A program made the position numbers and the translations under genes. DNA of 64,000 bases from Gemmatimonadota bacterium (GTDB lineage Bacteria; Gemmatimonadota; Gemmatimonadetes; Longimicrobiales; Gaopeijiaceae): positions 7,681 through 71,680 of the forward strand of contig JBJHBD010000001.1 in NCBI GenBank assembly GCA_050485305.1, read 5' to 3'. The notes under the pieces are model-generated. The model saw only the letters and a list, made by a program, of their open reading frames with translations, was not told the DNA's origin and did no database searches. Shown here one piece after another: positions 38,436 to 47,344 of the stretch (positions are counted from its first letter, which is position 1; each line of letters starts with the position of its first letter).

Positions 38436-40247
38436 TCAGTCCAGCGCCACCAGCCGTCGCACCGAGTGGGCCAGCGCCCGCACCCGTGCCTCATCGGACG
38501 AGGCCGAAGCCCGCCCCTCGATGCGGTCCGCCAGGGCGTAAAGTCCATCGGCCCGGGCCGACCCGGCGCTCATTTGCTCCAGCTCGGCGAGGCGCCCGCG
38601 CACGCCCTCAAGCTCGGAGGCGGAAAGCCCCTGGCTCCGCTCCAGCTGGTCCAGGTAGGCGCGGGACACCACGAAGGCGGGGGGCCACCGCTTCCGGGGC
38701 TGCATCTGGGGGTTGAACTCCTCGAACACCACCAGGTTGGAGGCGTCGATCTCGTTCTGGGTGAGGTGCTCGCCGGCGGTGAGGCGGAAGACGTCGAGGC
38801 CGCGCCCGATCTCCGAGCCGTAGATGTACCCGTTGTACCAGTACGTGGACCAGTACCCCCCGGTCCACCGCTCGGTCTCGCTCATGGGGCCCCGGTCGAA
38901 GAAGGCGATTTCGAAGGGGTTGGCCGGGTCGGTGAAGTCGAAGACCGAGACGCCGCCCTGGTACCAGGCCTGCACCTTGATGTCCCGCCCGGGAACCGGG
39001 ACCAGTGACCCGTTGTGGGCCACGCAGTTCTCCGAGTCCGTCTGGGGAACGGGGAGCTTGTAGTAGCCCACGTGGTGGAGCTTCCCGTCTTCCAGGCGGA
39101 AGTGGGCGTTGGCGCCCCAGGTGGGGAGGTCCGACTCGCGGCACCGGGGCTGGCTCCCGCCCCCCCACTCGTCGGTGAAGATTACCGTGGTGCCGTCGTT
39201 GTTGAAGGTGGCCGAGTGCCAGTAGGCGAAGTTCTCGTCCACCACCGCATCGATGCGCACCGGATTGGCCGGGTCCGAGATGTCCAGGAGGATCCCGTTC
39301 CCGGAGCAGGCTCCGGCGGCGAGCCCCAGCTCCGGATAGGTAGTGATGTCATGGCACTGGTTGGTCTGCCGGGAGGTCTGGGTCCCGGGACCATGGTCCC
39401 CTCCCGGCCAGAGGGCGGCGATCTCACCCGACTCGGGGTCGGCGAAGATCCGGGGCTCCCGGATCACCCGGGAGCGTTCGGGCGCCGCCAGCGGCACCTG
39501 CACCACGGCAATGGAGAAGTACGACGTCCCCGGCTCGGTGGGGTCGTTGATGGGGACGCATCCGGACATCTCCTCGCCGGGGCGGGCCAGGCTCGTCCCC
39601 GAGATGTAGACGTAGATGTTGGCGTCGTCGTTGGGGTCCGTCACCAGGGTGTGGGTGTGGGAGCCGCGGCAGGTCTGCACCGCCGCCACCTGACGGGGGT
39701 TCGCCAGGTCCGAGATGTCGAAGATCCGCAGCCCGCGGAGCCGCTCCGGGTCCACCGGGTCCGGGGCCCCCTCCGTGCCGCAGTCGATGCGCCCCCGCGT
39801 CTCCTGCGCCGAGTAGAAAACCAGGTCTCCGAAGATGGATACGTCGCCCTGGCCCCCCGGGCAGACCACCGAGAGGACGAGCTGCGGACGGGACGGCGTC
39901 GATACGTCATAGACCTGGAACCCGTTGTAATTCCCCACAATGACCCGGTTCCCGCTGAAGGCCAGATCGGTATTGGAGAAGCGACTGTCTCCCGGGTTCT
40001 CCGGGTTGTAGAAGCCGTCGGGGCGAGGGGTGAAGGAGAGGTGCTCCATGTTCCAGATGGCCGAGCCGGCGTCAAGAATGCCCGCCCGAAGGCCGATCCT
40101 GGGGTCAGTGGCGTCCCACCAGATCTCCCCCTCCTGAGCGTTCAGCGGCGCCGTCAGAAGTGGGAGCAGGAGAAGTGCCGGCAGGAGGAGAAAACGGAAG
40201 GGAGACCCCCGCCGGGAGGTCGGGCTCGTACGGGTGCACGGATTCAT
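38436..40247 (-). CDS. secreted LVIVD-repeat / choice-of-anchor-B-like beta-propeller protein with helical C-terminal tail
   Basis: 603 aa with a signal peptide. It has repeated ...GF.VYD/IFDISDP.NP.. blades and eight Cys, several followed by His (CRGSHTH, CHDIT, CVAHNG). It lies 11 nt upstream of the ankyrin gene on the same strand. Confidence 0.8.
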   Translation of the reverse strand: MNPCTRTSPTSRRGSPFRFLLLPALLLLPLLTAPLNAQEGEIWWDATDPRIGLRAGILDAGSAIWNMEHLSFTPRPDGFYNPENPGDSRFSNTDLAFSGNRVIVGNYNGFQVYDVSTPSRPQLVLSVVCPGGQGDVSIFGDLVFYSAQETRGRIDCGTEGAPDPVDPERLRGLRIFDISDLANPRQVAAVQTCRGSHTHTLVTDPNDDANIYVYISGTSLARPGEEMSGCVPINDPTEPGTSYFSIAVVQVPLAAPERSRVIREPRIFADPESGEIAALWPGGDHGPGTQTSRQTNQCHDITTYPELGLAAGACSGNGILLDISDPANPVRIDAVVDENFAYWHSATFNNDGTTVIFTDEWGGGSQPRCRESDLPTWGANAHFRLEDGKLHHVGYYKLPVPQTDSENCVAHNGSLVPVPGRDIKVQAWYQGGVSVFDFTDPANPFEIAFFDRGPMSETERWTGGYWSTYWYNGYIYGSEIGRGLDVFRLTAGEHLTQNEIDASNLVVFEEFNPQMQPRKRWPPAFVVSRAYLDQLERSQGLSASELEGVRGRLAELEQMSAGSARADGLYALADRIEGRASASSDEARVRALAHSVRRLVALD

Positions 40248-40431
40248 AACCAGGTCCAGCTCCGTTGGGGCGATATGAGACGGGAGTGAGAGGGCAAAAT
40301 GCGGTCGGGGGACCGGGTGTCAACTCGATGGCGGGCGCATCTGGCCCGGCACCCGGTTCGAAACCGGCTCTCAGATGGTATCGTACGGGCCATCGGGAGG
40401 TTCCGAAACGGCTCACCGTATGGGAGGGGAG

Positions 40432-40785
40432 ATGGACGAGTCCAAGGGGTATCGAAAGGTGGTCTTCCAGGACATGATCATCTTCCAGGTAAAGCTGGCC
40501 ATCGACGCGGCGAAGGATCTGATCTTCGCACCGCTGGCGCTGGGCGCCACCCTCCTGGACCTGATCGCTCCGGGAGAACGGCCCGGACACCGGTTCTATT
40601 CGGTGATGCGGCTCGGCGAGCGGTTTGACGGATGGGTCTCACTCTTCTCCGCTGCCCGGAAAGAGGATGCTCTCGACGAGAGACTCACCAGCGAACAAAA
40701 AGGGGGCGCCGACTCCCTCCTTGACCGGATGGCCGGCATCGTCGCCACCGAAGAGGGGAGTGCCCCAAGGAATCAACACCCTTGA
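40432..40785 (+). CDS. hypothetical small protein
   Basis: The ATG at 40432 is preceded by GGGAGGGGAG. 117 aa with one hydrophobic region. No family recognised. Confidence 0.45.
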   Translation: MDESKGYRKVVFQDMIIFQVKLAIDAAKDLIFAPLALGATLLDLIAPGERPGHRFYSVMRLGERFDGWVSLFSAARKEDALDERLTSEQKGGADSLLDRMAGIVATEEGSAPRNQHP

Positions 40786-40863
40786 TGCCGGTTCCGAACC
40801 GGTCGTAGTTTCGCACCTGGCGAGGGGGATCCCTCCTTCGCCTCCCCCTCACGGAGCGTCTCC

Positions 40864-41517
40864 ATGAAGCGTCTGCTCTCCACGGTTGCCACCGCCGCCG
40901 TCCTTCTCATTGCCGCCTCCCCGGTCGCCGCCCAGTTCGGAATCGGGGTCAAGGCCGGCTCCCTGGGGCTCGGCGTGGATGCGGGCATCGGCCTGGGCGG
41001 CCCCCTGACCCTCCGGGTCGGCGCCGGCTACCTCCCCGTCGACCGGGACGGTGAATTCTCCGGCCGGACGTACAACGTGGAGCTCCCCCCCACCATGGTC
41101 ACGGTGGGCGCGCAGCTTCACCTGACCGGCCCCCTCCACCTGGTGGGCGGCGTCCTCTGGCGGAACGAGGATGTGACCTTCAGCTCCGACATATCGGGAA
41201 GCACCACCATCGGTGGAACCACCTACACCTCCTCCGGGCGGCTGGACGGGCGGATGGAGGGGCAGCGAACGGCCCCCTACCTGGGGATCGGTTTCGGGAG
41301 TCTCACCCGATTCGGCGTCGGGTTGTACGGCGAGGTGGGCGCTGCCTACACGGGCGAGCCCACCTTCCGCATGGAGGGGAGCGGCCCCATCTCCGAGCAG
41401 CCGGGCTTCGAAGCCAGCCTCCGGGAAGAGGAGCGCCGCGCCCAGGATGATGCCCCCGGGTGGGTGAACTTCTGGCCGGTGGTGCAGGTAGGGGTTCGCA
41501 TCGGGTTGGGAGGATAG
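40864..41517 (+). CDS. outer-membrane beta-barrel protein (small porin/OmpW-like class)
   Basis: Signal peptide ending AAQ and alternating Gly/aromatic beta-strand pattern. The C-terminal region has an aromatic residue (...NFWPVVQVGVRIGLGG). Confidence 0.7.
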   Translation: MKRLLSTVATAAVLLIAASPVAAQFGIGVKAGSLGLGVDAGIGLGGPLTLRVGAGYLPVDRDGEFSGRTYNVELPPTMVTVGAQLHLTGPLHLVGGVLWRNEDVTFSSDISGSTTIGGTTYTSSGRLDGRMEGQRTAPYLGIGFGSLTRFGVGLYGEVGAAYTGEPTFRMEGSGPISEQPGFEASLREEERRAQDDAPGWVNFWPVVQVGVRIGLGG

Positions 41518-41542
41518 GTCGATCCCTCCCGCCGCCGATGCC

Positions 41543-43180
41543 GTGGTGGTGGGCGCCGGCCTCGCCGGGCTGGTGGCCGCTTTGGAGTTGGCGGAGCAGG
41601 GGAAACGGGTCCTCATCCTGGATCAGGAACCGGAACAGTCCCTCGGAGGCCAGGCTTTCTGGTCCTTCGGGGGGCTGTTTTTCGTGGACTCTCCCGAGCA
41701 ACGGAGGATGGGGATCCGCGATTCCCACGAACTCGCCTGGTCCGACTGGCTCGCCACCGCCGGCTTTGACCGCCGGGAAGACCACTGGCCTCGCAGGTGG
41801 GCCGAAGCATACGTGGAGTGGGCCGCCGGAGGGAAACGAGAGTGGATTCGCTCCAGGGGGGTCGGCTTCTTCCCGGTGGTGGGGTGGGCGGAACGAGGAG
41901 GGTATGGCGCCGGGGGGCCCGGAAACACCGTTCCCCGATTCCACCTTGTCTGGGGGACCGGCCCCGCCCTGGTGGAGGCCTTCCGCTCACGGCTCATGGA
42001 GGCCGCCCGGGAGGGGCGTGTGGAGTTCCGATTCCGCCACCGGGTCAGCGCCCTCGAGGTGGAGGGAGGCGCGGTGGTGGGGGTACGGGGGGAGCGGCTG
42101 GCGGAAGACTCATCCCCCCGGGGAAAAGCCACGAACCGCGAGGTTGCGGGGGACTTCCACCTCCGGGCGCAGGCGGTGGTCATCACCACCGGAGGGATCG
42201 GCGCAAACGATGGACTGGTGCGGCGAAGCTGGCCGACGGCGCGGATTGGACCCCCTCCTGCCGCCATGCTCTCCGGGGTCCCGGCCCACGTGGACGGCGA
42301 GATGCTGGCGGTGGTGGAGGGGGCCGGGGGGCGCCTCATCAACCGGGACCGGATGTGGCACTACACCGAGGGGATCCGGAACTGGGACCCCATCTGGCCC
42401 CGCCATGGAATCCGGATCCTTCCGGGGCCGTCTTCCCTCTGGCTCGACGCCGAGGGGCGAAGGCTCCCCCCGCCCCTCTTCCCCGGCTTCGACACCCTTG
42501 GAACGCTGGAGCACATCCTGGGGACAGGGCACTCCCATTCATGGTTCATTCTCACCCGGAAGGTCATCGAGAAGGAGTTTGCCCTCTCGGGATCGGAGCA
42601 GAATCCCGACCTGACGGGGAAGAGCCTGCGGAAGCTCCTGGGTCGGCTGGGGTCCGGAGCCCCGGGTCCTGTGGAGGCGTTCCTGAAGCATGGGGCGGAC
42701 TTCATCGTGCGGGACCGGCTCGACGATCTGGTCCGGGGGATGAACGAGCTGGACGGGAGTGACCGTCTCTCCGGAGAAGGGGTGGCCCGGGTGGTGGCGG
42801 AGCGGGATCGGGAGGTGGAGAACCCCTTCGGGAAGGACGCCCAGTGGAACGCCATCCACCGGGCTCGAATGTACCGGGGGGATCGCCTCCTCCGGACGGC
42901 ACGCCCTCACCGGCTCCTCGATTCGGGGGCGGGGCCCCTCATTGCCGTGAAGCTCCACATCCTCACGCGGAAGACGCTGGGGGGGATCGAGACGAATCTG
43001 GAAGGACAAGTGCTGGATGGGGGCGGGAGTCCCATCTCCGGGCTCTTTGCCGCCGGGGAGGCGGCGGGGTTCGGAGGGGGTGGAATGCACGGGTACCGAT
43101 CGCTGGAGGGAACCTTCCTCGGCGGGTGCCTCTTCTCGGGGCGGGCCGCGGCGAAGGGAGTGGCCGCCTCGGTGGTGTGA
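41543..43180 (+). CDS. FAD-binding dehydrogenase (FAD_binding_2 / COG3573-like)
   Basis: GAGLAGL dinucleotide fold at the extreme N-terminus, the segment LGGQAFWSFGGLFFVDSPEQRR and a C-terminal GLFAAGEAAGFGGGGMHGY. The true start may be the ATC at 41522 (see findings). Confidence 0.85.
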   Translation: MVVGAGLAGLVAALELAEQGKRVLILDQEPEQSLGGQAFWSFGGLFFVDSPEQRRMGIRDSHELAWSDWLATAGFDRREDHWPRRWAEAYVEWAAGGKREWIRSRGVGFFPVVGWAERGGYGAGGPGNTVPRFHLVWGTGPALVEAFRSRLMEAAREGRVEFRFRHRVSALEVEGGAVVGVRGERLAEDSSPRGKATNREVAGDFHLRAQAVVITTGGIGANDGLVRRSWPTARIGPPPAAMLSGVPAHVDGEMLAVVEGAGGRLINRDRMWHYTEGIRNWDPIWPRHGIRILPGPSSLWLDAEGRRLPPPLFPGFDTLGTLEHILGTGHSHSWFILTRKVIEKEFALSGSEQNPDLTGKSLRKLLGRLGSGAPGPVEAFLKHGADFIVRDRLDDLVRGMNELDGSDRLSGEGVARVVAERDREVENPFGKDAQWNAIHRARMYRGDRLLRTARPHRLLDSGAGPLIAVKLHILTRKTLGGIETNLEGQVLDGGGSPISGLFAAGEAAGFGGGGMHGYRSLEGTFLGGCLFSGRAAAKGVAASVV

Positions 43181-43249
43181 GCGTTCGCGGGCTTTACCAT
43201 GACCGGCGTTCAGGGTTAGTTTTCTCGTCTTGCTTCCCCGGTGGTTTCG

Positions 43250-43624
<375 letters not shown>

Positions 43625-43627
43625 CCC

Positions 43628-43739
43628 CCGGCCTCCGGAGCCGGAGGTCAGTGGTTCGAGCCGGAGGTCGCGAGCGAAGCGAGCGACCGGAGACGGGTTG
43701 CATGAGCGAAGCGAATGCGACCCCATCCACTCGGTGCGG
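43628..43739 (+). pseudogene. disrupted partial tRNA-Arg(CCG) copy (anticodon arm to 3' end, with a 65-nt insertion in the T-loop; no 5' acceptor/D arm)
   Basis: 43628-43659 reads CCGGC-CTCCGGA-GCCGG-AGGTC-AGTGG-TTCGA, and 43725-43739 reads AT-CCACT-CGGTGCG-G. Both align to the intact tRNA at 43815-43888. Confidence 0.6.
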
Positions 43740-43814
43740 GTTGGTGGAAGTGACGGTGATTGACAAGGAGTACGGTGCCGCGGAACGCTTGCAGGCACCA
43801 GGCAGGAAAACAAC

Positions 43815-43873
<59 letters not shown>

Positions 43874-43888
<15 letters not shown>

Positions 43889-44040
43889 TAACCTGAAGGA
43901 AAGCGACAAAGGTATCCCGAGTTGATCTGGCGAGCGTCAGCGAGCCTCATCCACTCGGGCGCATAACCTGAAGGAAAGCGACAAAGGTATCCCGAGTTGA
44001 TCTGGCGAGCGTCAGCGAGCCTCATCCACTCGGGCGCATA
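43874..44040 (+). repeat. 75-bp tandem repeat, 2.2 copies, each unit beginning with the last 15 nt of tRNA-Arg
   Basis: Units 43874-43948 and 43949-44023 are identical at all 75 positions. A third copy (44024-44040) stops after 17 nt. Confidence 0.92.
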
Positions 44041-44041
44041 C

Positions 44042-44079
44042 CCCCCCACCCGCACCGTCGGCGTGGGGGGATTTGTTTT
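44042..44079 (+). terminator. intrinsic terminator closing the tRNA-Arg/repeat unit
   Basis: CCCCCCAC...GTGGGGGG stem with an inner CCG/CGG pairing, followed by ATTTGTTTTC. Confidence 0.7.
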
Positions 44080-44132
44080 CTCCCCCCTGAGATCCATCGG
44101 AAGGATGGCCCCCGGCGAACGGGGGCCGTAGC

Positions 44133-46163
44133 TTGGGGCGTAACCCGTCCTCATTCAACGCCCCTTCCGAGCCCGTGCCCACCCACCCACCCTCACACCT
44201 GACCGAACCCGCCGGCGGCTGGGCCGAACTGCTGGACAGCCTGAACGCCATCATCTGGGAGGCGGATCCGGCGACCTTCCAGTTCCGGTACGTTTCGGTC
44301 GGTGCCGAAGCCATCCTGGGATATCCGCAGGCGCGGTGGATCTCCGAGCCCGGCTTCTGGGTGGAGATCATCCACCCTGACGACCGGGACGAGGCGGTCG
44401 CCTTCTGTCGGAGTCGGGTGGACGAGGGAGTGGATCACGAATTCGAATACCGCGCCATCAGAGCCGATGGCGGGGTCGTCTGGCTCCGGGATCTGGTCCG
44501 GGTCATTTCCGACAGCGACGGAAACCCCATCTCCCTTCGGGGAACGATGGTGGATATCTCCGCCGCCAAGGCGCTTCAGGAGCGTCTCGAAGATGAGAAG
44601 GCTCGCTACCGCCTTCTGGCCGACAACATCCTCGACATGGTGTCGCTCCACGACGCGAAAGGGCGCTTCCTCTACGCCTCTCCGGCAGCGAAACACATCC
44701 TCGGATACACCCCGGAGGAGTTGGTGGGGCGTGCCCTCTCGGAGGTCATCCATCCGGAAGATCTCCCGACCTTCGACGCGGCCATCGAGCGGGAGTTGGG
44801 CGGCGCCCTCGATCAACCCTCCATCGTGTTCAGGGCCGTCACCCGAGAGGGGGATATCCGCTGGTTGGAAACGAAGGGAGGGGTGGCACACCGCGGCGAC
44901 TCCCCCGAGGAAACTCGCCTGGTGGGGGTGACCCGGGACTTCTCCGAACAGAAGCTCCTCCAGGACGAACTCAATCGCGCGCAGCGGCTCGAGGCGTTGG
45001 GGCGGCTCGCGGGAGGCATCGCCCACGACTTCAACAACCTGCTGACGGTGATTCGCGGACATCTGGATCTGGTGCGTGACGGGCTCCCCGGAGGTGTGGC
45101 GCAGGAATTCGGGCGTGATCTGGATGAGATGGATCACGCGGTGCGCCAGGCGGGGGCCCTCACCCGACAGCTCCTGACCTTCGGTCGCAGGGACATTCCG
45201 CGCCCCCGGGAGATCGACCTGGGGGAGGTGGTGAGCGGACTTGCGGGAATGCTGCGGAGACTCCTCCCGGAGTCGGTGGAGCTCAGGGAGGAGTTGCATC
45301 CCGCTTCGCTCCCCATCCGGATGGATCCGGCACAGCTCGAACAGATCCTCATGAATCTGGTGGTGAATGCCCGGGACGCCATGCCGGCGGGGGGGGTGAT
45401 CTCCCTGGCCACCGGGCTGGTGGAGGTGGGGAGGAGTACGGCCGCCGGTGAACCCGGCCTGAGCCCTGGGAGCTACGCCACCCTGGAGGTCCGGGATACC
45501 GGGGTGGGGATGGGTCCCGAGGTTCGCAGCCGGATCTTCGAACCCTTCTTCACCACCAAGGGGGCATCCCAGGGGACCGGACTGGGGCTCGCCATCGTAT
45601 ACGGGATCGTGCGGCAGGGAGGAGGGCACATCCGAGTGGAGAGTTCTCCTCGTGGAGGGACGACCTTCCGGCTCCTTCTACCGGTGCGGGAGGAGGCATT
45701 CTCCGCCCGGGAAGGGCTCGGGAACGGTGACTCGCCCTCCGCCGACAGGAGCTCCGCACCCGTACCCGGAGAGACGCAGCTGCCCACCCCGCCGGGTCCC
45801 ATCGGTGGTCGAATACTCTTGGTGGAAGAGGAGACCCCGGTGCGGAACGTGATACGGTCCTATCTGGTGGGGGATGGGCTGGAGGTCCTGGCTGCCGGTT
45901 CGCTGGAAGAGGCGTTGGCAGCCCAACTTCGGAGCGACTTGGTGCCCGACCTGCTCATCACTCCGTCGGTGCTGGCCCGCGGGTATGGCGCGGATCTGGC
46001 ATACCGCCTCAGGAGCGACCATCCGGACCTTCCCGTGATCTACATCGTGGACGGTGGCGAGGGGGAGGACGGGGTCCGATTCGAGGGACCGGGGACCTGG
46101 TCCCTTGCTCGCCCCGTCACGCGGGAGAATCTGGCGAGGGCGATCCGACACGTCTTAGGATAG
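44133..46163 (+). CDS. PAS-PAS sensor histidine kinase with degenerate C-terminal receiver domain
   Basis: Two PAS-like segments, H-box IAHDFNNLLTVI, ATPase boxes (DTGVGMG, GTGLGLAIVYGIV) and a C-terminal REC-like 118 aa. The TTG start at 44133 is uncertain; GTG at 44175 is possible. Confidence 0.88.
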   Translation: MGRNPSSFNAPSEPVPTHPPSHLTEPAGGWAELLDSLNAIIWEADPATFQFRYVSVGAEAILGYPQARWISEPGFWVEIIHPDDRDEAVAFCRSRVDEGVDHEFEYRAIRADGGVVWLRDLVRVISDSDGNPISLRGTMVDISAAKALQERLEDEKARYRLLADNILDMVSLHDAKGRFLYASPAAKHILGYTPEELVGRALSEVIHPEDLPTFDAAIERELGGALDQPSIVFRAVTREGDIRWLETKGGVAHRGDSPEETRLVGVTRDFSEQKLLQDELNRAQRLEALGRLAGGIAHDFNNLLTVIRGHLDLVRDGLPGGVAQEFGRDLDEMDHAVRQAGALTRQLLTFGRRDIPRPREIDLGEVVSGLAGMLRRLLPESVELREELHPASLPIRMDPAQLEQILMNLVVNARDAMPAGGVISLATGLVEVGRSTAAGEPGLSPGSYATLEVRDTGVGMGPEVRSRIFEPFFTTKGASQGTGLGLAIVYGIVRQGGGHIRVESSPRGGTTFRLLLPVREEAFSAREGLGNGDSPSADRSSAPVPGETQLPTPPGPIGGRILLVEEETPVRNVIRSYLVGDGLEVLAAGSLEEALAAQLRSDLVPDLLITPSVLARGYGADLAYRLRSDHPDLPVIYIVDGGEGEDGVRFEGPGTWSLARPVTRENLARAIRHVLG

Positions 46164-46216
46164 GGTCTTCAAGGTGGCTTCCGCCGCTCCCCACTTCCCC
46201 CATTGCCGGTCCCGCC

Positions 46217-47251
46217 ATGCTCCGCTCCATCTCCCCCTTCCGATACCTGTCTCCCTGCTTCCGCCCGGGATCCGGCGGGGCCCTCGTTCTCTTCCTCCTG
46301 CTGGGAACGGGATGTGCCGGGGACCCATCCTCCGAAACAGCGCCCGGAGTGGCAAATGATTCCGGCGAGGTGGTTCTTCCGGAAGGGGCGCAGGCGGTCT
46401 CCCTCCTGGGCGAGACCTTCTTCCCGCCTCCCCTTCCGCGGGAGTTGCGGAGCGCGCGGGAGGCGGATCTGGCGGCTTCACGAGAGGCGTGGGAAGTGGA
46501 CCCCCGGAATGCCGACGAGCTGATCTGGGTGGGGCGGCGGGAGGCCTATCTGGGGTTCTACCGGGAGGCCATATCCACCTTCACTCAGGGGATCGAGCGC
46601 TTCCCCGACGACGCGCGGTTCTACCGGCATCGTGGCCACCGGTGGATCACCGTGCGGGAGTTCGACCGGGCCATCGAGGACTTCGAACAGGGGGTGGCCA
46701 TGGTGCGCGGGCTTCCGGACGAGGTGGAGCCGGATGGGCTCCCGAACGCGCTGGGGATCCCCCTCAGCACCCTCCAGTTCAACCTCTGGTACCATCTGGC
46801 GCTGGCCCACTACCTGAAGGGGGACTTCGAGGCGGCGGTGGAGGCGTGGCGGAGCTGCCTCGAGGTGTCGGTGAACTCGGATCTCCAGGTGGCGACCCGG
46901 TACTGGCTCCACCTCTCCCTCCTGCGGTCGGGGCGGGATGAAGAGGCCGCCGAGATCCTCGCCCGGCTACCGGCGGATGACGAGATCGTGGAGAACGATT
47001 CCTACCATCGGCTCCTCCTTCTCTTCCGCGGAGATCTCACCCCGGAGGAGGTGACGGGGGGGGAAGAGCCGGGGACGCTGGGAGGAACCACCATGGCGTA
47101 CGGGATCGGGGCGTGGCACCTCCTGGTCGCGGGAGATCGGGACGAGGCGCTCAGGATCTTCCAGCGGACCCTGGATGCGCCGGAGCAGTGGGCTGCCTTC
47201 GGGTACCTGGCCGCCGAGGCCGAGGTGGCCCGTGCAACCCGGGGGGGGTGA
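46217..47251 (+). CDS. TPR-like lipoprotein, function unknown
   Basis: Lipobox LLGTGC and helical repeat character (YREAISTFTQGIERFPDDARFYRHRGHRWI..., GDFEAAVEAWRSCLEV). Confidence 0.65.
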   Translation: MLRSISPFRYLSPCFRPGSGGALVLFLLLGTGCAGDPSSETAPGVANDSGEVVLPEGAQAVSLLGETFFPPPLPRELRSAREADLAASREAWEVDPRNADELIWVGRREAYLGFYREAISTFTQGIERFPDDARFYRHRGHRWITVREFDRAIEDFEQGVAMVRGLPDEVEPDGLPNALGIPLSTLQFNLWYHLALAHYLKGDFEAAVEAWRSCLEVSVNSDLQVATRYWLHLSLLRSGRDEEAAEILARLPADDEIVENDSYHRLLLLFRGDLTPEEVTGGEEPGTLGGTTMAYGIGAWHLLVAGDRDEALRIFQRTLDAPEQWAAFGYLAAEAEVARATRGG

Positions 47252-47344
47252 TGCGGCGTCACATCGTGAAACGTTCGATCGTCCTCTTCGTAGGGATGAG
47301 AGAACTCGAGGGGCCAACACCCTCCTACGCCGCGAGACGCCGCC

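Noticed and set aside
40340-40375. T-loop-like GGTTCGAAACC motif suggesting a tRNA or tmRNA upstream of the small gene at 40432
   Set aside because: Only a 4-bp stem can be formed, and no acceptor, D or anticodon arms can be drawn around it on either strand.
43760-43790. Perfect TTGACA hexamer as the -35 of a tRNA-Arg promoter
   Set aside because: No TATAAT-like or TAnnnT element lies at 16-18 nt spacing (the sequence there is GAACGC). Promoter consensus for this lineage is unknown to me.
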